NCBI GenBank assembly: GCA_963695855.1
Contig: CAVOHZ010000004.1
Span: forward strand, 32,001-96,000
Direction of reading: 5' to 3'
DNA from: an uncultured Nitrososphaerales archaeon
GTDB taxonomy: Archaea > Thermoproteota > Nitrososphaeria > Nitrososphaerales > Nitrososphaeraceae
Length of the DNA stretch: 64,000 nucleotides
The notes under the pieces are model-generated. The model made no database searches. It worked only from the letters and a program-made list of their open reading frames with translations, and was not told the DNA's origin. The position numbers and the translations under genes are program-made. Positions 44,402 through 54,004 of the stretch are shown piece after piece. Numbering within the stretch: the stretch's first letter is position 1; each line of letters begins with the position of its first letter.

Positions 44402-44836
44402 TTATTTCATGTTTTCTTTTATCCTATCGACAATTTCTCTCATCATATTACTATCTAGATGTGGTCTATTTTTTTTAAACAATGAATGAATAGGACCCCC
44501 TCCATCCCCATATGATCTTGGGACGACATGAATATGAACATGAGGTACCTCCTGTCCTGCCTCTCTTCCATTATGAATTGCTATGGTAGAACTATTTACT
44601 TTCAAGGATTTTTCTAATGGTTCAGTTACTTTCAACAATAGATCAAATAACCCTACAGAACATGCTTTGTCCATCTCATTAATTTTTGAATAGTGAGTTT
44701 TTGGGATTATTAGAGTATGACCTAGTGCTAGTGGATATGCATCAAGAAATGCTAAAGCTTGGTCATTTTCAGTGATAAAATTGGCTGAGATCTCTTTTCT
44801 GACAATCTTACAAAAGATACATGATTGCTCATACAT
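44402..44836 (-). CDS. hit: HIT family nucleotide hydrolase
   Basis: 'CIFCKI', 'GHTLIIPK', 'QEVPHVHIHVVP'. Confidence 0.93.
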   Translation of the reverse strand: MYEQSCIFCKIVRKEISANFITENDQALAFLDAYPLALGHTLIIPKTHYSKINEMDKACSVGLFDLLLKVTEPLEKSLKVNSSTIAIHNGREAGQEVPHVHIHVVPRSYGDGGGPIHSLFKKNRPHLDSNMMREIVDRIKENMK

Positions 44837-45088
44837 ATCAAATTTATCAAAACCAAATAGTATAAAATCATTTATTATTCTAAAAATATTCAGATGACAG
44901 ACGACTAGCCCGAATTCTGCATCTATTTGACTCTTCTTTTACCTTCTGTGTTCAACTTTATGTGGATTTTTCGAATTTAACAATAAATTCAACAGCATGA
45001 TCTATATCATTTTTTTTTATCTTACTATATGTAATATCTAGTGAGATATTTTTTGAGCACGATAGAAAATAGATGGTAACAATGGCTA

Positions 45089-45179
45089 CAAGGTGGTAAC
45101 AAACAAGAGCAAGGTGGTAACAAACAAGAGCAAGGTGGTAACAAACAAGAGCAAGGTGGTAACAAACAAGAGCAAGGTG
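45089..45179 (+). repeat. 21-bp tandem repeat, 4 perfect copies plus partial, non-coding
   Basis: caaggtggtaacaaacaagag at 45089, 45110, 45131, 45152, partial at 45173; directly upstream of a TATA-like tatttaaa and ORF 45223. Confidence 0.95.
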
Positions 45180-45222
45180 AAAACAATAAAAGTATTTAAA
45201 CTCCTTTTATAATGCATTTTAA

Positions 45223-45825
45223 ATGAGTGAAAGAACAATATTAAACAAATTTGAAAAGGAAAAACGTGTTGTACAATTACATATAGAAGGAAAAACAATT
45301 CGCGAAATATCAGAACGAGTTCACATGTCATTTCGAGATATATCAAAAATAATTAAAGCGTATGACAAAAAATCAAGTTTGGAAAGTGTCATTGAAAATG
45401 ATGAAATTAAGAAAAATCAGCGTATTAAAAAATTGTCCACAAGTACTAGGGCCTTCAAATTATTCCTAAAAGGAAAGAAACCAGTTGAAGTATTAATAGA
45501 ATTGAATATCTTTTATCCAGAGGTTGACAAATACTGGTCGCAATTTTTGAAATTAGAAAAACAGTATGAAGCTTATGAATTCTATGAGAATTTCCGTTAT
45601 GAGATGCCAGAATTATTATCTATAAGTGGCTTTATTAGAAGGAATAAGATAGATATATCAAATATTTCAAATATTTTGAAATATGCTTACAACCTATCGA
45701 ATTTACAATCATATGGTAACAGACTTCAAAATCAAATAGCGGAATGGGAAAGAGAGAAAAAACTTTATATCGCTCCTCAAAATATTCAATTACCTCCATT
45801 CAGACCCATGCCAAATTATCGGTAG
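45223..45825 (+). CDS. HTH-domain protein (two HTH-like segments)
   Basis: 'EGKTIREISERVHMSFRDISKII' and 'AFKLFLKGKKPVEVLIEL'. Confidence 0.75.
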   Translation: MSERTILNKFEKEKRVVQLHIEGKTIREISERVHMSFRDISKIIKAYDKKSSLESVIENDEIKKNQRIKKLSTSTRAFKLFLKGKKPVEVLIELNIFYPEVDKYWSQFLKLEKQYEAYEFYENFRYEMPELLSISGFIRRNKIDISNISNILKYAYNLSNLQSYGNRLQNQIAEWEREKKLYIAPQNIQLPPFRPMPNYR

Positions 45826-46574
45826 TTGATATTATTAAAGAAATATTCGTTTCTTGAATTTGGATAAAAAACCGCCTACTATTTCAAGCATATATAGATT
45901 TCATCAGGAATTGTATTCTGCACTTGTCTAGTTCTACGACTAGAATAAAGATATAGTTGTTCAGAAAACTAGTAAACAAGTGATTTTTGATTGTATTTTT
46001 ATCAAAGTAAATCTTTTGTAATACACCAGATCTATTCTTTTATGGATCCCTATATTAGTGATTTATTTGGTATTAATACTTGAATCCCCATTAGAGAGAT
46101 GTCCTGTTAAACATTCGGATAAATTTCTATGTCTATTCCTCTTCCATATTATATTCTTCTCTCAATCTTAGATTTTTTTTGATCTATGGAAAACTTCGCT
46201 TAGGTAACTGGTCCAGAGCAAAACCTGCAACAATATTTAGACATGAACACGAACAAGCACACATATCTTTTATAATAATTCAAAATAATAGAACACATTC
46301 TATAAAAATAATGAACATATAATTCAATTTGCATTATGCACAATAAATGAACGATACCAATTTAATCGATTACAACTAATTATCTCTCTATACCAGATTT
46401 GATATATCTTAAATGTTTAGATTTTATTGATATAAAACCAATTCTGTTTTTTAAGAACTAATATGCATTAATCTATATTGATTTTTTAATTTTTAATCTA
46501 CAAAATTCATTAATAGTTATAAATAAACCTTGATTAATATAACCTATTTCTAATATAAAATATATATTAAAAAT

Positions 46575-46868
46575 ATGAGAAGAGACAGGAACTACTCTAG
46601 TTCAGCTAATAGTGGTCTACTAATTCGATTACTAGGATATGTTTTAACTACCTTTATTATTCCTCTTATCATTCTACTAACGCGAGTATTAGCATGTGCC
46701 TTAATTACATTTATTATTCCCTTTGTCATTAATATTATAAAAACAAAACTAGGTAATCAACAACGCCTTTTATGTACTAAATGTCACGGAAAATTAGAAG
46801 TAATTGATAAGAACAATCTTTATTGCAGAAATTGCAAAATAATTAAATTTGAACCTGATCCCTATTAA
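46575..46868 (+). CDS. Small membrane protein with C-terminal zinc ribbon
   Basis: Internally duplicated hydrophobic segment ('TTFIIPLII', 'ITFIIPFVI') plus 'CTKC...CRNC'. Confidence 0.65.
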   Translation: MRRDRNYSSSANSGLLIRLLGYVLTTFIIPLIILLTRVLACALITFIIPFVINIIKTKLGNQQRLLCTKCHGKLEVIDKNNLYCRNCKIIKFEPDPY

Positions 46869-47361
46869 TTAGCAGAAACTTTAATACCATTAATTTTATT
46901 AACCGAAAACATTTTAATTTCTCTACAGAAATGTTGACATCTACTTACTAGAAATAATAATGTTAATCTGAATCATAATATTAATTAAGATTAACTAAAA
47001 AATAGTGTTACTGATGCTTAATTGTATAATTTATTATGTTCTCAAATCAAAGTTGTGATTCAAAATTTGTTTTGGCGTAAGTGTACATAATAAAAAACTT
47101 TTAATTAGTGATTGTAAATATAAAAAATTGTAGAATTAAAAACCTAATAGACATAAAGAAATTTAACAAATATTCTTGATATAGTAATAAAAGTCATTAT
47201 AGTATCAATAATGAAATACATCAGAACAAACAGACTTGCAAAGATTTCATATACTCATTTTCGTTAGATCGCAATTTTTGATATTTAATTTTCTTATTTA
47301 CCACATTTTTTACTTCATTTTCTTTTTTTGTTCCATTTATACAATAAAATAAATATCACAA

Positions 47362-47550
47362 CTACGTCATCTTATTAAAATTATTTCCATAAAAATGATT
47401 GAATCTCTTGAAAATAACAAGACATTGCTTATTATCAAAATAATAATTTGATCCTGAAATATATTCGATAATAATATCTTTATCGTCAGTTGATGCTAGT
47501 GGTTTGCCACATAAGGAACAGACTGATTCAGAAAGATTTGTAATACTCAT
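47362..47550 (-). CDS. Stand-alone TRASH/YHS-like metal-binding microprotein
   Basis: 'CSLCGK...ISGSNYYFDNKQC..FKRF' closely matches the N-terminus of kinase 54005-55474. Confidence 0.75.
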   Translation of the reverse strand: MSITNLSESVCSLCGKPLASTDDKDIIIEYISGSNYYFDNKQCLVIFKRFNHFYGNNFNKMT

Positions 47551-47806
47551 ATCCCTGTTTTGCTCTTATATAAAAAAACGAGAATCATCACAATCGCCAT
47601 TATCATGATATTTGTGAATATATCGGTAGTCGAAGGATATTGCCATCTTGTTCCTTTCCTTTCCTTTCATGACTTCAAAATCTAAAGTTTTCCATCTCCT
47701 TCCTTCCAAGAAATTCTGCTTGGCTAATTGCATATACTACTATTGACATACTAAAATATAAAGCCTATTATATTTTTGGTTAACATATGATAAATAAATC
47801 ACCTGA

Positions 47807-48397
47807 TCAGTTAACGTACATTAAGTCAACTATATGATATTGCCATAAAAAAAAGGTTAATTTGTATTTAGATACATTATTCAATACAAAGCTTACTACG
47901 GTATCTTTACAATTTCCAAAAACATAAACGTCAGCTACTGATTCTTCTGTCAAGACACCATCATCTTTTCTTTCACATAATAACATCTTCTTCCCTGCCA
48001 AAAAGATTTCATTATCACCTTCATCATACAAAACATTATTTCCTATATTTCCAATTAAATGATCTTCAAAAAAATATTCTATCGATACATCATTATCCGA
48101 ATTTCCAACGAGTTGATCATTTGCAAAATACCCGTAAACCGTGGCATTTCCAGATTTTCCATATAAATGCTCTTTTCCTTTTTCACCACATACACAATCA
48201 TCTAACATCGTTCCGATAAAATTTTCTTTATCCAAAGTAACATTTTTCATGTTATTGCATCTCATATTTTCCACGATATCTGACACATCGCCATAACCTT
48301 TGTTGTTAAACAAGGTAATAACAGAAGTGACCATGGTTAATATTACATTCAAATACAAAAAATCTCGCTGGTTGATGAAGGCCTTTTGTGCGATCAC
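47807..48397 (-). CDS. Degenerate RTX/hemolysin-type Ca-binding repeat protein (possibly decaying)
   Basis: Nonamer periodicity 'GKEHLYGKS GNATVYGYF ANDQLVGNS..GNNVLYDEG', eroded from the GGxGxDxLx consensus. Confidence 0.55.
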   Translation of the reverse strand: MIAQKAFINQRDFLYLNVILTMVTSVITLFNNKGYGDVSDIVENMRCNNMKNVTLDKENFIGTMLDDCVCGEKGKEHLYGKSGNATVYGYFANDQLVGNSDNDVSIEYFFEDHLIGNIGNNVLYDEGDNEIFLAGKKMLLCERKDDGVLTEESVADVYVFGNCKDTVVSFVLNNVSKYKLTFFLWQYHIVDLMYVN

Positions 48398-48477
48398 GTC
48401 GTTAATGATATGTTATCATTATTAAGATTTTTTATCAAAAAAATATATGCCCTTTTTTTATGGCACTATTTGAACAA

Positions 48478-49575
48478 TTAACCACCCATTACAGGTGGTT
48501 GTCGTAATAGCCATAGCTTCTTCTGATCACAAAATGACATTTGTTTTTCATCGCACTTATCTGAATTGAGATCGTAGTCTGCATGTATAGATAAAATTAT
48601 AGGCGATCGAGACAAGCCTGATTCTCCTGGAGTAGCATAGAGTATAGAGTCTCCATCGTTTCCACAAACAAAGAGCCCTGAATTTGACGTCCAGAATATC
48701 CTAGGACTAATAACTATATCATATAATGGATGTTTTTTGTATTTAGAACCTGTTATTGTAGGTGAACAGTTATTAGTTTCTTTTAACGCAGTAAATTTTA
48801 GAATTTCCGACGTAATTAGATAACTCTTTGAAATATTTATTCGCGCAGGATTGTTAAAAGCTCTAAAAAGTATTCTTAAATTACAGATATCACAACTTTT
48901 TTGTGTTTTTATTGACACAAGATTACCATATCTTTCACCAATTAACAATTGATTATTTTCGTTCTCAAAATTATCATCGGTTGTGGACGATAAACATAAA
49001 TCATTTTTTTTAGAAGGGTAGGAATCTTCTTTTTGTAATGAGATCCTAGCTTTGAATGAACTTTTTAGAAATTTTTTGAAAATTGTTATTTCTATATTTA
49101 TTAGAAATTTGTACTGTCTTTTCCCCCTGAAAGATTTTAGTCCGATTTGATTGGCAGTTAAAAAAATTTTGATATTTTTCCTGGCTTGATTGTTTTTGAT
49201 ATCATTTAACTGAGGATAGAAAAGCATACAGTTTCCAGTATCCCTTGTCATATACTCTGCATCCATACCATATCCAATTTTAAAAGCGCCGTTTTCCTTA
49301 CCTTCTTGTTCTATCTTCCAATCTATTTTAGAGGCCACTGGCAACTGAAAAATATGACTTTGTTGATGTCTGCATAATGCTTTTATGATGACATAGCTTT
49401 TTACATCCAATTTAATTGGAATAGCATCTCTGATTCCAAAACTGATTTCATTAATTGGAAATGCAATATCTACGTCACAATAACGATGAATTTCGTAATC
49501 AACAGTGGAAAGAAAATTTGAATCACTAATCTCATCATCTTTACCATCATCATAATGTGGTATATTAGTAAACAT
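48478..49575 (-). CDS. Hypothetical protein
   Basis: 365-aa ORF, no recognised motif. Confidence 0.6.
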   Translation of the reverse strand: MFTNIPHYDDGKDDEISDSNFLSTVDYEIHRYCDVDIAFPINEISFGIRDAIPIKLDVKSYVIIKALCRHQQSHIFQLPVASKIDWKIEQEGKENGAFKIGYGMDAEYMTRDTGNCMLFYPQLNDIKNNQARKNIKIFLTANQIGLKSFRGKRQYKFLINIEITIFKKFLKSSFKARISLQKEDSYPSKKNDLCLSSTTDDNFENENNQLLIGERYGNLVSIKTQKSCDICNLRILFRAFNNPARINISKSYLITSEILKFTALKETNNCSPTITGSKYKKHPLYDIVISPRIFWTSNSGLFVCGNDGDSILYATPGESGLSRSPIILSIHADYDLNSDKCDEKQMSFCDQKKLWLLRQPPVMGG

Positions 49576-49852
49576 TAGATTATTGAATACAGAATATTAT
49601 TAATTAAGTATAGCTATGTTGTTTATCTCAGTAACCAAAATCAAGTTGGTAATTTAATAAAATTCCTTTTTTTTATTATTAAAGATTGCTGTTTTATAAC
49701 GTTTGAGGTATTCAGATCTTTTAAAATCAATAGCAGAATACAATTATGACATTTACCTTGTATGTAAAAGATATCGAAATACTGAATTCATGTCTGAAAG
49801 ATAAGCGAAATTGACCGATCACCCGATAAAAAGAACGCAGCAATACATTTCT

Positions 49853-51250
49853 CTACTCTATATTACATGTGACGACTTTCTCAAGTAACCATATTTTCTC
49901 AAAAGAGCCAACATATGTAAGTATAGTTTCTTCTTTATTAGTATAAACTGCAAAATGTTTCTCTGTATCTTGTGCAGAATCTTTTTTTGTATCCAATACT
50001 ATAGCTTTTCGTAAGTCTACTAGCAATATCATAGCATCTGATGTCAAAGTTTTTCCAAAGTATCTAAGATTGATATTTGAATTTTTAAATATTGATTTCT
50101 CTAAATTATTGTTTGTAATAAAAGCAGATACATGCATCAAAATTCTAACTAGTATTCCCTCATTAGCTTTTTTATTAACAAGATCCAAAACATCTTTTAT
50201 TTCTGGCACTTCCAACCATCTAGGTGCACAGAACAGGATACTTATTTCACTATTTGCATAATTTATCAATTCATAAAGGAGAGTGTAAATTCTTTTTTCA
50301 TCTTCTATATTTTCAATAAATGGTTTTTTTTCGTCTAAAAATTCTTTAAAATTTCCTTTGAGTGAGATTATCTGTCTATTGTATTCATCTGCATTAAATG
50401 TATCATCAAGATCTTTATTTAGTAATTGACTGAGCTTGTAGTACCAAATTAAAGCTGCACTTAGAAACAAATACGAAAATGCATAGACCACATTCCATAG
50501 CCACTCAGTAACCAAAATAAGTTCTTCGCTGATTGTGGACGTATATGTGTATCCAAAATCTGCTAATGTCAGCAATGCCATTGAAATACAGAATAACATC
50601 CAATGATAAACGAAAGGATCTTTTTTTGGTAATTTGTAAATAATAAGAAGTGCAGAAACAAGCAATATTGTATCCAATATATAGTACAAGATATTGATAG
50701 TGAGGTCTAATAACTGAGAACTGAAATCAATTCCACTGATTATCATATGAACGGTCGTTAATACGGGAATTAAAGAAACTACAAAAGATACAAAAATAAT
50801 GGTGCCACGAGAGATAGATTTATTCTTATTAACGACAGTAAAAGATTTATAAATATGATAAATTAGGAAACCGTATCCGATAAAATAAAACAATTCTGCA
50901 ATAGATGGATAAGGAACAGGAATATTCAGCATAAATTGATAGAACATGTATGTAGCTTCCCCCATAAACCAAAAAACTACTCCGATAAAAACAGCTTTGA
51001 ACTTTCTAACCTCCATTTTTTTAATACGAGTAGTCATTAAAAGTACAGATATCCCAGTACATATACCTAAAAAGATTAATGTGACCATACTATTATATTT
51101 ATTAGTTTTTTCTATATCCATCAAGTAGATCATTAAATAGATAAAAAATGTGCTTATAGAAGCAGTCAGTAAAAAACCAGAAAACAGATACTTTAATTCA
51201 TATCTCACTCTGAATAGAACATCTGTTTTTGGACTTTCTGCATTATACAA
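49853..51250 (-). CDS. Multi-TM membrane sensor with C-terminal PLD/TrmB-like domain and no kinase domain
   Basis: 'PYPSIAELFY', 'TLADFGYTYT', C-terminal 'ANSEISILF..VRILM..YTNKEETILTYVGSFEKIW'; paralog of 18227. Confidence 0.78.
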   Translation of the reverse strand: MYNAESPKTDVLFRVRYELKYLFSGFLLTASISTFFIYLMIYLMDIEKTNKYNSMVTLIFLGICTGISVLLMTTRIKKMEVRKFKAVFIGVVFWFMGEATYMFYQFMLNIPVPYPSIAELFYFIGYGFLIYHIYKSFTVVNKNKSISRGTIIFVSFVVSLIPVLTTVHMIISGIDFSSQLLDLTINILYYILDTILLVSALLIIYKLPKKDPFVYHWMLFCISMALLTLADFGYTYTSTISEELILVTEWLWNVVYAFSYLFLSAALIWYYKLSQLLNKDLDDTFNADEYNRQIISLKGNFKEFLDEKKPFIENIEDEKRIYTLLYELINYANSEISILFCAPRWLEVPEIKDVLDLVNKKANEGILVRILMHVSAFITNNNLEKSIFKNSNINLRYFGKTLTSDAMILLVDLRKAIVLDTKKDSAQDTEKHFAVYTNKEETILTYVGSFEKIWLLEKVVTCNIE

Positions 51251-51435
51251 CTAGTTGTTATATAATACCAATCTAATAGTAATTATATCTATTCTTTTTA
51301 TTAAACGATGGTTCATTTATTTATGATTTTCTATGTTTATTTTTTCTACCAAAAGATATATTCGATATCTACTTACTACATCATAACTATTTACTGTCAT
51401 TTTTTGTTATTCATAAGAACAAAATTTTATATAAA

Positions 51436-51459
51436 AAATTTTTCGGCGCCGAAAAATTT
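51436..51459. promoter_or_regulatory. Perfect palindrome AAATTTTTCGGCGCCGAAAAATTT, copy 3 (candidate parS)
   Basis: 24-bp palindrome about 120 bp downstream of the parB stop; followed by atttgtgcattt x2. Confidence 0.8.
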
Positions 51460-51576
51460 GTGCATTTATTTGTGCATTTTAAAAAAATTACACATCATGA
51501 AGTAAAATAATAGGAAAAATAAACAAAAAATGAAAATAAAAATAATGGTAATGAAAATAATGGAAACGGAAAAAAT

Positions 51577-52440
51577 CTAGATTTTCTTTTTCTCTTTTAG
51601 CAGGATGTCTATCTGACTATGAAGCATGTTTTTGTGCTGCATCAATATCTCATACACGGTCCAGTTATCCTCAACATCTTCAATTATGGAGGCCAGTTTA
51701 TTCATGGCTACTCTCACTGCAATGATAGCCTTATCAAAAGATTTCTGAGTCCTTGCATCGATATCAACTATCTTGGTTGTAAAGTCAAATATTTCTTCAG
51801 GATGCTCTGAGTTTTTCATCTCATCTTTTAACATACGTACCTGTCTTGAAGAAAGCTTTCTCTTTTTAATCAATTCAGCCAATTTTGATTGATGTTCTTC
51901 GTCTTTTATCGGAAGCAATTCCTCTGCAAGACTTGGTTTTATCTCGTTGTTTGAGATTGACTGAATTATAGTATCCGGAAAAGTCAACATCCTTATACGT
52001 TTATCGATATAACTTGCACTTTTACCCAGTTTTGTAGCAAGTTCGGATATTCCACCCCACCCGTAAGTAGATACATAATCTTTGAATGCACGTGCTTCAT
52101 CTATTGGATTTAGATTTTTAGAGTGAATATTTTCCATCAGTGATACTTCGAAAGCATCCTTGTCATCAAGCTCTACAACATGACAGAGAATTTTACGCCA
52201 TCCGAGCATTTTACAAGCATTGTATCTTCTTGTACCTGCAACAATTTCGTATTTTAAATCATCAGTCATCCTTACAATTATAGGTTGAAGAAGACCTTTT
52301 TCCTTTATAGAATAACATAATTCATGTATATCCTCATGTAGATTATTTCTGTAATAGTACTTGAATAGTTTAATCTTTGAGATATCTACATTCTCTAGGA
52401 CTCCAATTACACTATTTGAAGTGGAATGTATTTTTTGCAT
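51577..52440 (-). CDS. parB: ParB/Spo0J family partition protein (CTPase domain plus HTH)
   Basis: Box I 'ELCYSIKEKGLLQPIIVR', Box II 'AGTRRYNA', 'ENIHSKNLNPIDEARA', HTH 'ISELATKLGKSASYIDKRIRML'. Confidence 0.92.
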   Translation of the reverse strand: MQKIHSTSNSVIGVLENVDISKIKLFKYYYRNNLHEDIHELCYSIKEKGLLQPIIVRMTDDLKYEIVAGTRRYNACKMLGWRKILCHVVELDDKDAFEVSLMENIHSKNLNPIDEARAFKDYVSTYGWGGISELATKLGKSASYIDKRIRMLTFPDTIIQSISNNEIKPSLAEELLPIKDEEHQSKLAELIKKRKLSSRQVRMLKDEMKNSEHPEEIFDFTTKIVDIDARTQKSFDKAIIAVRVAMNKLASIIEDVEDNWTVYEILMQHKNMLHSQIDILLKEKKKI

Positions 52441-52516
52441 GTGAAATATTCAGTTACAGACTATATAACCTTGTTGGACCTGTATAACAACTATAAAAAG
52501 AATTACTTTTTATTTT

Positions 52517-53383
52517 CTAGCTATTTGTTTCTAGTTTTTCTATAAGTGCGTAAATCTTGCTTGCAAATGGATGTTCAGGATATAGCAAACTGGTAAGAAA
52601 TTCTTTTTGACTAAACTGGATATCACAATAACATGGTATTTCTGAAATAATATCCAGATCTATGTCACGGGATAATTTTTGCAATGTACTTTGTTGAGTT
52701 TGTTGAGGAGAAAAAGAAGACCCATCTTTTCCCTTATTATCTAATGTTATCAATGGATGATGCTGCTCTGGAGGAATGGTACAGTAACCTGAACCTCTAT
52801 TTAGTAAAAGATAACACATTGTTCCAAATTTAGTAAATGAGCCATAAATCTCACTAGCCATTCTTTTGGTACCATCAACATCAAGGTCACCCATTTTCAA
52901 TGTCAAAAGAACGACGTCTGAAACAGCAAGAGCGTTGATGGACCAATATCTAACTCCTGGACTTGTATCGATGACGATAAAATCAGCATTTTTTTTCATT
53001 ATCAGTTCTTCTCTTAATAGTATAAAGTTTCTAAGGAATTGCATTTGAGAACCTTGTTTAGATATGTTTCCGTCCAGTTTGTAAATTTCTTCCTTATTGG
53101 AGTTTGCCATACTTACAAATAACTTGCCTTTTATATCAGAGGAAATTGTTTTAGTAATATCAACGCAAATGTCATCAACTGATGCAGTACCGAAAAGAAA
53201 ATCGTTTATCCATTTTTTTGGGTCTTTTAAGTCAAAATAGGAACCCAAGCTTGGAGCATAAACATCTAGATCTAAAAGAAATACCCTATATCCTTTCTTT
53301 GCCAATAGTACACTGAGATTGGTTGCTATTGTTGTCTTGCCTGTTCCACCTTTGTAAGAGTGAAAAGCAATGCATCTAGTCAT
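52517..53383 (-). CDS. parA: ParA/MinD family ATPase
   Basis: Deviant Walker A 'KGGTGKTT', 'LDLD', 'IDTSPG'. Confidence 0.88.
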   Translation of the reverse strand: MTRCIAFHSYKGGTGKTTIATNLSVLLAKKGYRVFLLDLDVYAPSLGSYFDLKDPKKWINDFLFGTASVDDICVDITKTISSDIKGKLFVSMANSNKEEIYKLDGNISKQGSQMQFLRNFILLREELIMKKNADFIVIDTSPGVRYWSINALAVSDVVLLTLKMGDLDVDGTKRMASEIYGSFTKFGTMCYLLLNRGSGYCTIPPEQHHPLITLDNKGKDGSSFSPQQTQQSTLQKLSRDIDLDIISEIPCYCDIQFSQKEFLTSLLYPEHPFASKIYALIEKLETNS

Positions 53384-53458
53384 TTCCTTACAAAAAAAGG
53401 TGCCATAAACCCACTAATAAACTTGTGAGAGGTATATTTGGATGATAGATTTGTTTTT

Positions 53459-53827
53459 TCATACTATTGCTTTTTCGATATGTTTCAAGAGCTCTTCTAT
53501 TGAGATAGGCTTTTGTATAAAGCACTTATGATCCATATTGGGGTATTCCTCTAATAGCCCTTCATAATATGCCTTAAATGAAGTTATGAAACAGACTCTC
53601 AGATTGGTATCTATTTTTTTTAATTCCTGAACTAGTTCAAATCCATTCATTCCCTGCATTCTGATATCTATAAGAGATAAATCGTAAATTCCAGGTTTAA
53701 AATTATTTAAAGCAATTTCAGGATCATTAAAGGTATCAACGTTATAACCACTGTTTTCTAATCCTAACTTGAAGGATAAAGTAGTACCTTGATCATCGTC
53801 AACAATAAGGATCTTCTTTTTTTCCAT
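53459..53827 (-). CDS. Stand-alone response regulator receiver (CheY-like)
   Basis: 'IVDDD', 'LIDIRMQGMNG', 'ITS', 'QKP'. Confidence 0.93.
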   Translation of the reverse strand: MEKKKILIVDDDQGTTLSFKLGLENSGYNVDTFNDPEIALNNFKPGIYDLSLIDIRMQGMNGFELVQELKKIDTNLRVCFITSFKAYYEGLLEEYPNMDHKCFIQKPISIEELLKHIEKAIV

Positions 53828-54004
53828 AATAAAAACTCGTTTACAAAATTTAATAATGATTATATATAAAAATATTTACTACAAAAAAATATAGAATTGT
53901 AACTAGGAAGTTTCAAAGGAATTGGAAACTGGCTGGCTGGCTAACTGAGGATGGAAAAAAGAAACTGGAGATTGCACCAAACGTAGAAAGATGATTAAAG
54001 AAAG

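Noticed and set aside
45086-45346. ORF with (LLFVTTL)n, or a mini-CRISPR
   Set aside because: Antisense shadow of the 21-bp repeat overlapping the HTH gene; units are head-to-tail without spacers
41101-46868. Integrated provirus or plasmid around the AAA ATPase and HTH gene
   Set aside because: No integrase, att repeats, tRNA target or structural genes; housekeeping genes lie in between
51308-51505. 65-aa ORF spanning palindrome copy 3 (also ORFs 44129-44347, 36177-36407, 62235-62534)
   Set aside because: F/Y/I/K-rich translations typical of AT-rich non-coding DNA or overlaps with real genes
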